Below are positions 46,588-57,079 of a DNA stretch of 64,000 nt, piece by piece. The notes beneath the pieces were generated by a model that was given only the letters and a program-made list of their open reading frames with translations, was not told where the DNA came from and ran no database searches. Numbering within the stretch: position 1 is the first letter of the stretch; each line of letters begins with the position of its first letter. The position numbers and the translations under genes were made by a program. Location of the stretch: positions 1 to 64,000 of the IMG/VR virus record IMGVR_UViG_3300034418_012856. The stretch is one strand, 5' to 3'. Origin of the DNA: a virus.

Positions 46588-48309
46588 ATGAAACTAATCA
46601 ACGAAGCAGAAATCTTCGAAACCTGGTCTCCTATCATCGAGCAGAAGGCTGGAATTCAAGATGCTGAGAAAAAGGGATGGTTGAGCAAGTACTGCCACTA
46701 CCATTCATTAAACGAGTCTGCTGGAGCTTACCAGTCTCTAGCAACTGTAAACGGTATGGGTGCCGTACAACCACCCGCATACCCAGGTGGGTATAACTCA
46801 ACTGGTGCAGCAGTAGGTACGCAAGCTAACTCAGCTTTCTATAACTCTGCTAACCAAGGTTCAGGAGATAAGTTTCCTTCACTTCTTCCTTTGGCAATTC
46901 AGGTTGCTGCGAAGACTGTTGGATTCGATATCGTTCCTGTAATTCCTATGTCAGGTCCTACTGGCGTACTTTCTTACCTAGATTACGTATACTCAGGTGG
47001 TAAAATCAGCCCTAACGCTGCTGGTTCTACTGCTGCAGATGCTCTTGCAACTGCTCCATCGATGATCAAAGTACAGATCACTTCTTACACCGCAGGATAT
47101 CCTGATAGTTTTGCAGTAGGTACTACTTACTACATCACTAAGGCTACTTCAGCTGGTGCTTACATCACCACTGAATTCGTTGGTCTATCAAGAATTGATG
47201 GTTACCCAATCTTCAGAATCACAGGCCTAACCGCAGGTGAAACTGTCTCTGACGTTCTTGATGGTGGTGCAGCTAAAGTTGGTACTACAGTAAACGGTAC
47301 TGAAGCTGGTACTACAACTGCAAGAGCAGAATTGGTTAAAGCTCTTGAGGATCACATCCAAGGATTCTCTGGTGCTGGTTTCAACAACGACCAAGACTGG
47401 CAAGGACCATTCGTAGATGGTACTAAGACTTACAACCCAATGCTAAGAGGTGTTGGTGAGAGCACTTACTACCAATCAATGGGTCTTTCAACGTTCACTA
47501 AGTTCGTTGAAGCTGATACTTTCCAAGTAGCTGCTTCAGTAACTACTGAGCAAATCCAAGACTTGAACAAGCAGTTTGGTATCGACGTTATCTCAATGAT
47601 CGAAAATGCATTGGTTAATGAAGTATCACAAGCTATTAACAAGCACATCCTTTCTAGAGCATTCGCACTTGGTTGGTCTAACCACAGCGAGTTCTTAACT
47701 ACAGAAGGTCAGAACTTGAACCTAAACCTCGTTATCGGTGGTACTGCAGGTTCTTACACTATTCCTTCTTACGTAGGTAAGTCTGACTCGGGTATCGCTA
47801 TTGCTTCTGTTGCAGGCCCTGCATCAGGAACTTACGAGAACTTGTCAACTCTACAGAGAAGACTATTCTCTAGAATCTTAGCTTCTGCTAACGTAGTAGC
47901 TAACAGAGGAAGAAGAGGTCCTGCTAACTTCATCGTTACTAACGCTAACGTTGCAAGTGCATTGCAAGACATCTCTCAGTTCACTTTTGCTCCTTTCTCT
48001 AACACTCTTACTCAAAACAACGGAACACTTTACCCAGTAGGTTCGCTTGCAGGTATGACCGTTTATGTTGATCAGAACATGAAGTTCGGTGATAACAGAG
48101 TACTAGTTGGAAGAAAAGGTGGTGACGACGAACCAGGACTTAAGTTCATGCCTTACATGATGGCTGAGTCTATCCAAACAATCTCTGAAGGTACAATGTC
48201 ACCTAAGATTGCGGTTAAATCTCGTTACGCTCTAGTAGAAGCTGGTTTCCACCCAGAAACTATGTACTTCTGTTTCCACGTGAACGTTCCTGCTGGAGGT
48301 CTATCCTAA
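46588..48309 (+). CDS. gp23: major capsid protein
   Basis: WSPIIE, GFDIVPVIPMSGPTG, TEQIQDL, NEVSQAINK, RRGPANFIV, GSLAGMTVYVD, FMPY, PKIAVKSRYAL. Confidence 0.95.
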   Translation: MKLINEAEIFETWSPIIEQKAGIQDAEKKGWLSKYCHYHSLNESAGAYQSLATVNGMGAVQPPAYPGGYNSTGAAVGTQANSAFYNSANQGSGDKFPSLLPLAIQVAAKTVGFDIVPVIPMSGPTGVLSYLDYVYSGGKISPNAAGSTAADALATAPSMIKVQITSYTAGYPDSFAVGTTYYITKATSAGAYITTEFVGLSRIDGYPIFRITGLTAGETVSDVLDGGAAKVGTTVNGTEAGTTTARAELVKALEDHIQGFSGAGFNNDQDWQGPFVDGTKTYNPMLRGVGESTYYQSMGLSTFTKFVEADTFQVAASVTTEQIQDLNKQFGIDVISMIENALVNEVSQAINKHILSRAFALGWSNHSEFLTTEGQNLNLNLVIGGTAGSYTIPSYVGKSDSGIAIASVAGPASGTYENLSTLQRRLFSRILASANVVANRGRRGPANFIVTNANVASALQDISQFTFAPFSNTLTQNNGTLYPVGSLAGMTVYVDQNMKFGDNRVLVGRKGGDDEPGLKFMPYMMAESIQTISEGTMSPKIAVKSRYALVEAGFHPETMYFCFHVNVPAGGLS

Positions 48310-48334
48310 TCAGTAGTTAGTACACACTAATACT

Positions 48335-48364
48335 AAACCCCAGGTTTTTGCCTGGGGTTTTTTT
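48335..48364 (+). terminator. Rho-independent terminator after the major capsid gene
   Basis: AAACCCCAGG-TTTTTG-CCTGGGGTTT followed by Ts. Confidence 0.9.
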
Positions 48365-48374
48365 ATTGCCAGGG

Positions 48375-48382
48375 GATATATA
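48375..48382 (+). promoter_or_regulatory. putative late promoter GATATATA
   Basis: Directly after the terminator, upstream of 48405. Confidence 0.7.
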
Positions 48383-48404
48383 GTATAAATGTGGTCGTTG
48401 CATA

Positions 48405-49505
48405 ATGAGTAGAATTAAATCACATAAGCAATTTTTAATAGAGAGAGATCTTTCACAAGAGGTTGATCAGGTTATTCTTGCTGAGATGTTCTTAGAATAT
48501 TACAATATTAATGAGGGTAAGGCTTTGGATACCCTCAAAAATAGTGTATCTAAAGCTCTATTAGGACCTTTCTCAAGATTGTCTGTTATTGATACAATTA
48601 GGAAGGGAAATTTAGATATTCAAAAAGAAATCATAACTAAGCAATATGATGTTGAGGATGAAGTTCTTGATCTAGAAGGTAAAATAGATGACCTAAGGAG
48701 CAAAGGAGCTTCAAGAAATGATATTGCTAGAATACGTACCCAAATCGAGAGGAAGAACAAGGAATTCCGATCTTTCGTTAAGATGAAAAGGGAACAGATG
48801 AATAAAGGAATGAAACTCCTGGAAAAAACCGTTGGTAAAAATCCTAGAAGAAAGGAATATTACGAGGCAGGTTTTATCGATGATAAGTATGACCTTGCTA
48901 AATTTGAATATGAGTTAGCTCAAAAGAAATCCAGTGACCAAGATAGTATTAAAAAGCTTAAATCCGATTTAGATTCAGCTTCAAAGAAAGCCGAATCTTT
49001 TGTCTCTAAAACAAAGGATTCCTCCAAGAGGGAAGCAACTATAAAGGATTCTGATCTTGGAGATCTTGCAAAGATTAGAAAAAATGTTGGATCTAAGGAC
49101 CTTAATGTCGTTGTTTCCTTGAGAGAGAAATCAAGGGAAAAGATAAAGGATTTAAAATCTAGCATGCAAAAGGTACTTTCGGATCTTAAGTCTTTTATGT
49201 CGAAGTCTCCTTCCTACGATGAGGTTCAGAAGTCTGGAAAAATATCTAAGGGAATTAAAGATCTAGAGGAAAGTGCTAACGAGCTAGACTCTTTGGAAAA
49301 TTTAGCATCTATTTATAGCAATGTAATTAGTAATAAGGGAAAGGATCTTTCCAATGAATCTTCTTTGACCTCCCTTTTTTCTAAAATTAATAATGCAATT
49401 AATGACGGAAACGATGCAGGGTCTGGAATAACCAAGGAGGTAATTGATCTTAAATCTGATATAACCCTTAAAAAGGTTGGTAATCTAATAAAAAAATTAG
49501 CCTAA
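48405..49505 (+). CDS. Lys-rich coiled-coil protein, probable internal head protein
   Basis: MSRIKSHKQFLIE...INE N-terminus; helical. Confidence 0.5.
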   Translation: MSRIKSHKQFLIERDLSQEVDQVILAEMFLEYYNINEGKALDTLKNSVSKALLGPFSRLSVIDTIRKGNLDIQKEIITKQYDVEDEVLDLEGKIDDLRSKGASRNDIARIRTQIERKNKEFRSFVKMKREQMNKGMKLLEKTVGKNPRRKEYYEAGFIDDKYDLAKFEYELAQKKSSDQDSIKKLKSDLDSASKKAESFVSKTKDSSKREATIKDSDLGDLAKIRKNVGSKDLNVVVSLREKSREKIKDLKSSMQKVLSDLKSFMSKSPSYDEVQKSGKISKGIKDLEESANELDSLENLASIYSNVISNKGKDLSNESSLTSLFSKINNAINDGNDAGSGITKEVIDLKSDITLKKVGNLIKKLA

Positions 49506-49506
49506 C

Positions 49507-50400
49507 ATGTTGTTAAGTTTTAAACAGTGGGAATCACAAAACATAAATGAGAAAGACGGTGGTCTAGATAAGATCATGAATTGGCTTAGCTCCAACTTTG
49601 GTGGCACTATTTCTAAGATTGATTCATTACTTTCCGATATTAATTCTATTGAAACCAAGTATTCAAAAGAATGGAATGATATACAAACTGATATAGATGC
49701 TTTGGAGGTTAAAAAAGCACAAACCAAAAGTGATCCTGCTGAAGCTAAAAAATTGGAAAGAATGATAGATAGGAATCAAAAACTCCTTTCAGCTTTAGGT
49801 AAAAAGAGAAAAGCTGATATTGATAAGATTGATTCCAAGGTTGAAAAACTTACCAAAGGAAAGCAAAGACTTATCTCCTACTGGAATTTGAAAAAATCTG
49901 AGCTCGAAGCTGATCTAGCCGAAAAACTTTATAAAATGGCAAAAGACCTTACAGACGAGTCGATAGCTGACGATCTCTATGATAAGTATAAAAAAGCAGC
50001 CTTAGATGCTAAAAAGAAAGACGAAAGATTTAGAGAGAAGTTTGGAAAGCTTGACCTTGCAAAACCTTCTACCCTAAAGTCTGATGTGGAGGCTAGAGCT
50101 ATTTCTGGTGCTAATTTTTCAATGGATCCTATATTTTCTATGAATGCACCTCAATTTACTAAATTTGTACAGGATCTGGAAAAAAGTCAAGTTGGTGCAT
50201 TAATAAAAGCTATGCAATCTGAAAGAAATGAGAGGTATGCTACTCTAGATACTGAAAGGGATAGATTGGAAGCTCAAGCTAAAAAGAAAGGTTTATCTGC
50301 AGAGAGCGTTAAAAAAGATATGTCAGATTTAAGAGAAACCCTTATGAGACAGATAAGAGACCTAAGAACCAAAATAACAATTGCAAGAAGATATGCCTAA
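49507..50400 (+). CDS. Lys-rich coiled-coil protein, probable internal head protein
   Basis: MLLSFKQWESQNINE N-terminus; layout similar to the previous gene. Confidence 0.5.
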   Translation: MLLSFKQWESQNINEKDGGLDKIMNWLSSNFGGTISKIDSLLSDINSIETKYSKEWNDIQTDIDALEVKKAQTKSDPAEAKKLERMIDRNQKLLSALGKKRKADIDKIDSKVEKLTKGKQRLISYWNLKKSELEADLAEKLYKMAKDLTDESIADDLYDKYKKAALDAKKKDERFREKFGKLDLAKPSTLKSDVEARAISGANFSMDPIFSMNAPQFTKFVQDLEKSQVGALIKAMQSERNERYATLDTERDRLEAQAKKKGLSAESVKKDMSDLRETLMRQIRDLRTKITIARRYA

Positions 50401-50662
50401 ACACATTAAGAAGCTTGACGAATTCCCAATTTTTGAGGGGGTTAATGAGGATCTGGTTAAGGCCAAAGCAGATGTTAATGCTAAGCAAGCTGAGATAGCT
50501 GAGGAAATAGCTAAACAGAAGGAAACCACAGACCTTAAGGAAAAAGCAGCAAGCATAAGAAACCAATCAAGATTGGTGGGTCAAATGCCAGCACTTTTAA
50601 ATGCTTTAGCTAATGCAATGGATGCAAAAGCTGATTCAGGAGATACAACAAATATTTACTAA
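50393..50662 (+). CDS. small probable internal head protein
   Basis: MPKHIKKLDEFPIFEGVNE; ATG 50393 overlaps the upstream stop. Confidence 0.5.
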   Translation: MPKHIKKLDEFPIFEGVNEDLVKAKADVNAKQAEIAEEIAKQKETTDLKEKAASIRNQSRLVGQMPALLNALANAMDAKADSGDTTNIY

Positions 50663-50665
50663 AAG

Positions 50666-53050
50666 ATGTCAAACAATTATCTTAGAAATAACCCGGTAGC
50701 TAACCAATTGTCCATAGATGCTTTTAAGCTCTATGAGAATAAAGATGTTGACGATGCTTTAAGAATATCAATCGACACGCTTTTAGCAGCATGTAAGAAG
50801 ATTATATTCGATTTTGCTTCGGATCGAAATAGGACCTACGAGTCTTTTGCAAAAAAGATAGAATCCATTGGCGATACTTCTACTGTTAAGGGCTTGATTG
50901 CAAATATCAAGGATGTTTGTGAGGATACTGAATTACATGATTCTGTTCTTGCACCACTCAAAAAAGCTTACCTTGACTCTATCGATATGATAGGTGATGC
51001 AGTAAAGAGAATGATAGAGCTAGATCCTTCTCTTGAATCAAAAGCTATCCAAAATTTTAAATCTGCTGGTAAAAAACTTGTTGAGAGTGTAAAAAGAACA
51101 GCGGACGAGTATCAGGAAAAGCTAAACGAGTCTAGTGAAATAGGGGTACCTGGTAGAGTTCATCGGTTAAAGAAAATATTGATTAACCACATTGTTGATT
51201 CTAAAGGAAAGGATGCAAAATCTGGATATGGGAGAGATTGGCAAAGGTTGTTTACGACACTTGCACAAAAACTTTCTTCAATAAATAGCGATAAAGCTAC
51301 TTTCTCTGATAACGATAGAAAAAACCTTGCAGAGCTTGAAAAAAAAGCTGATAATCTATCCCAGGAGTATGCTCAGTATAAAGTAAGAGCCGTAGAATCC
51401 TTGATGGGTAAACTGATGAAGGATGAAGATTTGGAATCTAAATTTGGCGACTTCTTTGAGATTATGACCAATGCTTTGGATAAAGTAACGAAAGCAAATA
51501 CCGAGGAAGGACTTATAGAGGTCAAAGTAAGGGAGGATTTGGATGACAAGGAAACGAAAATGAATGATAGAGTGTTTCCACTAAAAATCGGTGACAAGGA
51601 TAATGACACTAAGTTAAAGGGGTCAGGTCTTATTTCTTCTATCCAAAAAGCCCTTATCGATGCTTTTGTACCTATTAAGAATTTAATGGATCCTAGAGGT
51701 GGTGCTAATGGTAAGTATGAATCCGCTACAGAAGTTGCTGTGAAATCAATACAATCTACATTAGGAAATAAGGATGTGAATGGTAAGCTGGATAAACCTT
51801 TGCTTGATATAATTTTAAAGTTAGATCAGGTATCTAAAGAAAACAAAGAGGCCATTAAGGATTCTATTAGTCAACTAAGGGGATCTTATTCTTCGGTTAG
51901 AGAATCTAGTAATGCATTATCAGCTGCTGACTTTATGAGATTAATGGAGGCTATGACTTACATAGATCCAAACGAGATTGAGGTAAATATCAAAAATTAT
52001 AGTCAGGAATTGGACGAGGATAACGATTCTGTATCAGAACCTACGACTTCCGATTACTCATTAGCAGAATCTCTAGCTAAACTTTTAAGGACCAAAGACT
52101 ATAATAAGAATGCTGAAGCCGAAGATTTCCTGAAGGAAGACGGAACTCTGAAGGGATCTTGTCCCCATGATTATGTTGATTGTTGGACAAAGGCTGTTTC
52201 TGGAGATAAACCAGTTTCTTTTTTTGTAATGGTTGACGATAATGATAATTGCTCGCTTTTCCCAACAAAGAGGATTTCTGGTAGTGTAAACAAGCCTTGT
52301 AATTGGAAAAGATATAAAGCCATTACTGGTGATGATATTGATGATGTCCACAAATTTGGAAATTGGTACACTTCATATTGGAAAAATTTCGGCGGTGTTG
52401 GTTCAGATATAAAGGCTAAAGTTTTGGACGAAGTAATGTCGTCCAATTGTAAATTGGCAAAAGAGGAAGGATTGAACGATGTTGCTTCTATCTACGAAGA
52501 ATTGGAAAGTGCATTTATACCCAACAAGGAAGAAGTTTCAGGGGGGTATATTAGGCCAAATTCTATGAGATCTTTGGTATCAAGCATCAAAGGTATGATT
52601 GGAAATGATGGTATATCTAATCTTAGTCCTGGGGAACTCAGATCCCTTTATAATACTGTAATTGTTTGTTCACCCTTGATTACTTATAATAGAGAAAAAG
52701 ATGAATGGGTCCCTGCAATAAAAATGCTATGTAACTCTCTGGATATTACTGAGGATGACCTTGTTTCTGAAATTAGGAAGAATTCTTCTCTTGGAAAAAG
52801 AGGTAAAATGTCAACTGAGAAGGTAGCTTTATTCGACACTAATTCTGGTGATAATGAAATTCTTAAGTCTACTATTATCGGGAGCACAGAGGATGCTGAG
52901 AAAGTTAATAATATGAAGCAAAGTCTTGGTAAGATTAAACCAATTCTAAAGAGCCTTTCTAAACACTGTAAAAGAATAGGTGTGAATGTAATTGATGACA
53001 TTACTCCTGATATCTCAGACTCCATGGTCGTTATTACTAAGGAGGGATAA
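50666..53050 (+). CDS. large helical protein with peptidoglycan-binding-like domain
   Basis: FPLKIGD...ISSIQKAL...ANGKYESATEVAVKSIQ...VNGKLD resembles PG_binding_1; LYE/LNE/LME sites. Confidence 0.5.
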   Translation: MSNNYLRNNPVANQLSIDAFKLYENKDVDDALRISIDTLLAACKKIIFDFASDRNRTYESFAKKIESIGDTSTVKGLIANIKDVCEDTELHDSVLAPLKKAYLDSIDMIGDAVKRMIELDPSLESKAIQNFKSAGKKLVESVKRTADEYQEKLNESSEIGVPGRVHRLKKILINHIVDSKGKDAKSGYGRDWQRLFTTLAQKLSSINSDKATFSDNDRKNLAELEKKADNLSQEYAQYKVRAVESLMGKLMKDEDLESKFGDFFEIMTNALDKVTKANTEEGLIEVKVREDLDDKETKMNDRVFPLKIGDKDNDTKLKGSGLISSIQKALIDAFVPIKNLMDPRGGANGKYESATEVAVKSIQSTLGNKDVNGKLDKPLLDIILKLDQVSKENKEAIKDSISQLRGSYSSVRESSNALSAADFMRLMEAMTYIDPNEIEVNIKNYSQELDEDNDSVSEPTTSDYSLAESLAKLLRTKDYNKNAEAEDFLKEDGTLKGSCPHDYVDCWTKAVSGDKPVSFFVMVDDNDNCSLFPTKRISGSVNKPCNWKRYKAITGDDIDDVHKFGNWYTSYWKNFGGVGSDIKAKVLDEVMSSNCKLAKEEGLNDVASIYEELESAFIPNKEEVSGGYIRPNSMRSLVSSIKGMIGNDGISNLSPGELRSLYNTVIVCSPLITYNREKDEWVPAIKMLCNSLDITEDDLVSEIRKNSSLGKRGKMSTEKVALFDTNSGDNEILKSTIIGSTEDAEKVNNMKQSLGKIKPILKSLSKHCKRIGVNVIDDITPDISDSMVVITKEG

Positions 53051-53054
53051 TCTA

Positions 53055-53082
53055 GAAACTTATCCCTTCCTTTTTCCTATAA
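53055..53082 (+). promoter_or_regulatory. putative ECF-type phage promoter GAAACT-N16-CTATAA
   Basis: Upstream of the GT-like/kinase/AsnB operon. Confidence 0.6.
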
Positions 53083-53102
53083 TTCACTGAAATATAACTT
53101 GG

Positions 53103-54038
53103 GTGGATCAAAGTGCTAAATTTTATTTTTTGACCTTTTGTAGTCTGGGTGCTCCCCACGACTCTGGACGTGATTTGAGTAGCAATATTTCCAATCTTAA
53201 ATCATTACTTTCCTCTTATTTTGATGAAATAATTGTTTATAGCCCTTCATCCCTAAAGGAATGTGAGGGAAGTGAGGATTTCTGTAATGTGCTTGAAGGT
53301 GTGTTTCCTCTAAATCCTGGGATAAATGCTAACGGATGTGGTGATTTTAAGTCATTTATTATAAATAAGACCTTGTCTGAGATGTCCGATGGAGATATTC
53401 TTTTCTACCATGATTGTAACTTTGAAAAATATCCTCAGTACTGGCAGACTGATTGGGGATTTCTAAGAGATTCGGTAGAGCTTTTGCTGCGTGAAAATAA
53501 TTCAGATATATTCATTCCTTTTGAAAGCGAAGCCTTTGGTAAAATCCCGAAGGTTAGAATGCATGGAAAGAGATATACAACCGATGCAATTATAAAAGAT
53601 CCAGTCGAATCTGATATAGTCTCTAGATGTTGGGAGATAGCTTCTAACCGAATGATGATACGGAATAGTCAATTTTCAAGAGATTTCTTTGCTGAATACA
53701 AGGAATTGTGTGGGAGAAAAGATTTGCTTATGAAGTACCCAAACCCTAACCCGTATCCACAATTTACACACAGCTGTCCAGAACAGCACGTTCTAAATTG
53801 CCTTATTTATAAGTACATCTTAGATGGAAAGTTAGATCCAAGATTTCCAAGATTTTCTTTCCCGAACAGAAAATTTGTCTTAAATTCTGATGTTGAAGTA
53901 AGAGTTAACTCTGAATTGTCGAAATATATGCAAACCAAGTCGATAAAAGAGTTTGAAAGAAGAAAAGCATTTAATGGGATCAAAGATCAAGATATTCGAG
54001 GGACCAAGGAATTCAGGCAAGACCTTTTTAGCACGTAA
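53103..54038 (+). CDS. glycosyltransferase-like (GT-A) hypothetical protein
   Basis: FKSFIINKTL..GDILFYHDCN; HSCPEQHVLN at a position equivalent to the DQ motif. Confidence 0.45.
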   Translation: MDQSAKFYFLTFCSLGAPHDSGRDLSSNISNLKSLLSSYFDEIIVYSPSSLKECEGSEDFCNVLEGVFPLNPGINANGCGDFKSFIINKTLSEMSDGDILFYHDCNFEKYPQYWQTDWGFLRDSVELLLRENNSDIFIPFESEAFGKIPKVRMHGKRYTTDAIIKDPVESDIVSRCWEIASNRMMIRNSQFSRDFFAEYKELCGRKDLLMKYPNPNPYPQFTHSCPEQHVLNCLIYKYILDGKLDPRFPRFSFPNRKFVLNSDVEVRVNSELSKYMQTKSIKEFERRKAFNGIKDQDIRGTKEFRQDLFST

Positions 54039-54522
54039 ATATTCTGAGGTACACAACATTCCGATATTTAAGTTTGATTTTGTTGGTTGGTTCAACAGGC
54101 TTTCCTTGGATGACCAATCTCACGAGACACATAGCTTTGCTCTAGGTAAAGAGCTAATGTTATTGCAATTGTGTCGGGACGGGTTACTACCTCCTTTTAT
54201 ATTAGATCGTGGATTTCTAACAGTTCTTACTTGGGGAATACTTTCTGGTCGTATTACCGAAGATGAAGCAATAAATCAATTAAAGATGATTGCTGAAGAG
54301 GGATTGCTTAAAGATTGTGAAATCTATTTTGTTACCGGTGATAATCCGAACAAAGAAGATAGAAACAAGGATAACTGGGATTTTCGGGATGGAGATTCAA
54401 AGGAACAAGAGATCATGGAAAATCTGAGGGATTATGTTATGAATCAGCCATATAATGTTTATGTCCATCGGATATTCAACAGCTTTAATAATAAAACAGT
54501 AAACGACTTAAGACATATCTAA
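53974..54522 (+). CDS. P-loop nucleotide-monophosphate kinase-like protein
   Basis: IFEGPRNSGKT Walker A, ILDRGFLT (thymidylate-kinase-like DR). Confidence 0.7.
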   Translation: MGSKIKIFEGPRNSGKTFLARKYSEVHNIPIFKFDFVGWFNRLSLDDQSHETHSFALGKELMLLQLCRDGLLPPFILDRGFLTVLTWGILSGRITEDEAINQLKMIAEEGLLKDCEIYFVTGDNPNKEDRNKDNWDFRDGDSKEQEIMENLRDYVMNQPYNVYVHRIFNSFNNKTVNDLRHI

Positions 54523-55923
54523 ATGTGCGGGATAGTAATCACAAAAACACCAGGTGAAGAAATACTGGATACCATAAAACATCGTGGTATTGAAAAAACC
54601 GTTGTTGAAAAAAACGGGCTTAGTATTTGTCACCACAGGCTTCCAATCCAGACAGTTGATGGTGATGATTGGAATCAACCAATAGAGATAGCAGATGGCA
54701 TCTATTTGCTTTTTAACGGGGAGATTTTTAATTATGACCGTGAAAGATTCGATTCCGACGTAGAATATCTCACTAATATTTTTGGTAGGTATCGAGGTGG
54801 GAGCTTTGAAATGTTTTGTTCTTTGTTTATACCAGAAATCCAAACTTGGGATGGATTTTGGGCTATTACAATATATGATGCAAACACTAATGATGTTATT
54901 GCTTTTACGGACCCTCTGGGACGTAAATGTCTTTATTATAATTCCCTTGGTGATATTGCTTCAGAGATAAAACCTCTTGTGTATGAAAATTCCCAGATAG
55001 ATGAGACTTTTATCAGCACGGTAAGAAAATGGGGATATAACACAGATGAAAGGACACCATATAGTGATATTAAAAGAATACTCCCAAATAACATATACAG
55101 TTTTAATTTAGATGCACCTGAATTTAAGAATGTGTATAGCACCTATTATAAAGGCTTCGATTTCCCAATCCAGGAATTAGTTGGTAAAAGTTACGAAGAG
55201 CATATGGAGTGGCTTTGGTCTAAAATGTTCGAATCTGTGAGAAACCGATTGGTTTCTAAGGATTATCCTATTTCTCTTCTTATTTCCGGGGGACTGGACT
55301 CATCTATTATTGCATCAGTTTTGAATGAAATTGGAGTTGATGTTAGATGGTTTAGCATTGAAAATGGTGAAAAAGAGTTTGTAGATATTCTCTCTGAAAG
55401 ACTTGGTAAGGAGGTTTCCTTTTTGGACTATAACATGGATGAATCTATGAATGAGGAGATTTACAAAAAATGGAACGAATCTCCAATAGACCTTGGATCT
55501 GTTATACCCCAGTATCATTTGTTTGATGCTGTTAAGAGGTTTGGGGGTTATAGGATAGTTCTTTCTGGCGATGGTGCGGATGAGCTTTTTGGTGGATATA
55601 AAAGAATCCACGAATATGATTCACAAAAGTCGGATGTATTTGATGAGCTAACTTACTATCATTTACCAAGATTGGATAAGATGTCTATGGCTCACACTTT
55701 GGAACTTAGGAGTCCTTTTTTGAATTTGGATCTTGTAAGATTTGCTTTGCATTTGCCTAAAGAATGGAGAACTGATAAGAAAATACTTAAGGACACTTTT
55801 TCACCACTGCTTCCTGAAGAAATAGTTAACAGAAAAAAAGCTCCTCTTAAAAACCCTAAGATCAAGCAGGATAAAATTGCTTACCGTTATAAGGCAGTGG
55901 ATCTTTTCTTAAGGAATAGATAA
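54523..55923 (+). CDS. asnB: asparagine synthetase B-like glutamine amidotransferase
   Basis: MCGI, HHRLPI, FNGEIFNY, SGGLDSS, SGDGADELFGGY, RLDKMSMAH.LELRSPFL. Confidence 0.9.
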   Translation: MCGIVITKTPGEEILDTIKHRGIEKTVVEKNGLSICHHRLPIQTVDGDDWNQPIEIADGIYLLFNGEIFNYDRERFDSDVEYLTNIFGRYRGGSFEMFCSLFIPEIQTWDGFWAITIYDANTNDVIAFTDPLGRKCLYYNSLGDIASEIKPLVYENSQIDETFISTVRKWGYNTDERTPYSDIKRILPNNIYSFNLDAPEFKNVYSTYYKGFDFPIQELVGKSYEEHMEWLWSKMFESVRNRLVSKDYPISLLISGGLDSSIIASVLNEIGVDVRWFSIENGEKEFVDILSERLGKEVSFLDYNMDESMNEEIYKKWNESPIDLGSVIPQYHLFDAVKRFGGYRIVLSGDGADELFGGYKRIHEYDSQKSDVFDELTYYHLPRLDKMSMAHTLELRSPFLNLDLVRFALHLPKEWRTDKKILKDTFSPLLPEEIVNRKKAPLKNPKIKQDKIAYRYKAVDLFLRNR

Positions 55924-55938
55924 ACTAGTCCAAGGAGC

Positions 55939-55946
55939 GATATATA
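55939..55946 (+). promoter_or_regulatory. putative late promoter GATATATA
   Basis: Upstream of 55964. Confidence 0.65.
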
Positions 55947-55963
55947 AAGAAAAAAAGCTCCGA

Positions 55964-56644
55964 ATGGCAAATAATATTAAGTCCTTTGAGGATTTCAAAT
56001 CAGAATCAGTAAATGAGAATTGGTTCAGTGACGGATTGAGTGGATTACTCGGTTATGCTGGTAATGCTTTCTCTGATGTTCTTAAAGGTAAAGCCTCTGC
56101 ATACCTTTTAAGCTTTTTTGGAATTGGTGAACAATCTATATTCAGCAAGCTTGTACAAAACTTTGTTGAACAAATACCAGTTGCTGATTTAACTAAAATT
56201 ATTTTTGCTGGAAAGGCTAATTCAGCCTACCTTGCACCCAAGATGGCGGATGCAACAATTGAATTCCTGACAGAAAAAGGATTGGATGGTATTGCTCAGG
56301 ATCTTGGTATTGAGCAGGACGGGTGGATTTATAGAACAATCTCTGAAATGCTTGCAAACCAGGCTAGAAGGGAGGACTTTAGAAATTCTTTAGAATCATT
56401 CTACTTACAGGCTTTCAATGGATTTGAGGGTGCTGCTGATAAGGATGATTTCATGAAGTCCCTTTCATCTACAGAAGAAAGAACTCTAAAGAGTGGAATT
56501 GATAGAGTGATAGATGTTAGAGACAAAGAGGTAGATATGAATAAACCAGCAGGTGATCTAGTATCTGATTTTCTATCTGGTTTAGCCGGAAATGGACAAT
56601 CCTTACAATCTTTGGGATTAAGCTCAGGAGGAACTATACAATAA
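55964..56644 (+). CDS. probable internal head protein
   Basis: MANNIKSFEDFKSESVNE N-terminus. Confidence 0.5.
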   Translation: MANNIKSFEDFKSESVNENWFSDGLSGLLGYAGNAFSDVLKGKASAYLLSFFGIGEQSIFSKLVQNFVEQIPVADLTKIIFAGKANSAYLAPKMADATIEFLTEKGLDGIAQDLGIEQDGWIYRTISEMLANQARREDFRNSLESFYLQAFNGFEGAADKDDFMKSLSSTEERTLKSGIDRVIDVRDKEVDMNKPAGDLVSDFLSGLAGNGQSLQSLGLSSGGTIQ

Positions 56645-56656
56645 AAACTTTAGATC

Positions 56657-57022
56657 ATGAATATAAATGACGTTTCAAAGAGGGAAGTTTTAGACTTCGA
56701 TCAATTTAAGAAAAAGGTGCACGACGAGACATTTAAGCCTTTTGCTGCCGAAAATCAGGAAGGTGGTGAGGGTAAAACTGGTTTGCACAAAATAAAGAGA
56801 GAACCTGCTTATGATTGGGTAGGTTATGCAGATGCAGTATTTAGTCCAGAGAAAGCTGGTATCGAGGTACCTGGATACAATGCTGATGGTGATAGGGAAT
56901 ATACTATAGCAAATGCTGGACCCTCTATAGTTAATGCACCTAATTCATCTATTTCAGGGTTAGGAGAATCCGAAAAAGCTGTAAATGAATCTTTCTCAAT
57001 AAAGAGATTGGGAGATTTCTAA
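56657..57022 (+). CDS. small probable internal head protein
   Basis: VLDFDQF near the N-terminus; VNESFSIKRLGDF at the C-terminus. Confidence 0.45.
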   Translation: MNINDVSKREVLDFDQFKKKVHDETFKPFAAENQEGGEGKTGLHKIKREPAYDWVGYADAVFSPEKAGIEVPGYNADGDREYTIANAGPSIVNAPNSSISGLGESEKAVNESFSIKRLGDF

Positions 57023-57047
57023 TAATTATCAAATTAACTAATTCTTT

Positions 57048-57079
57048 AAGACAGGTTTCTAACGAAACTTGTCTTTTTT
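57048..57079 (+). terminator. Rho-independent terminator
   Basis: AAGACAGGTTTC-TAAC-GAAACTTGTCTT followed by Ts. Confidence 0.8.
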
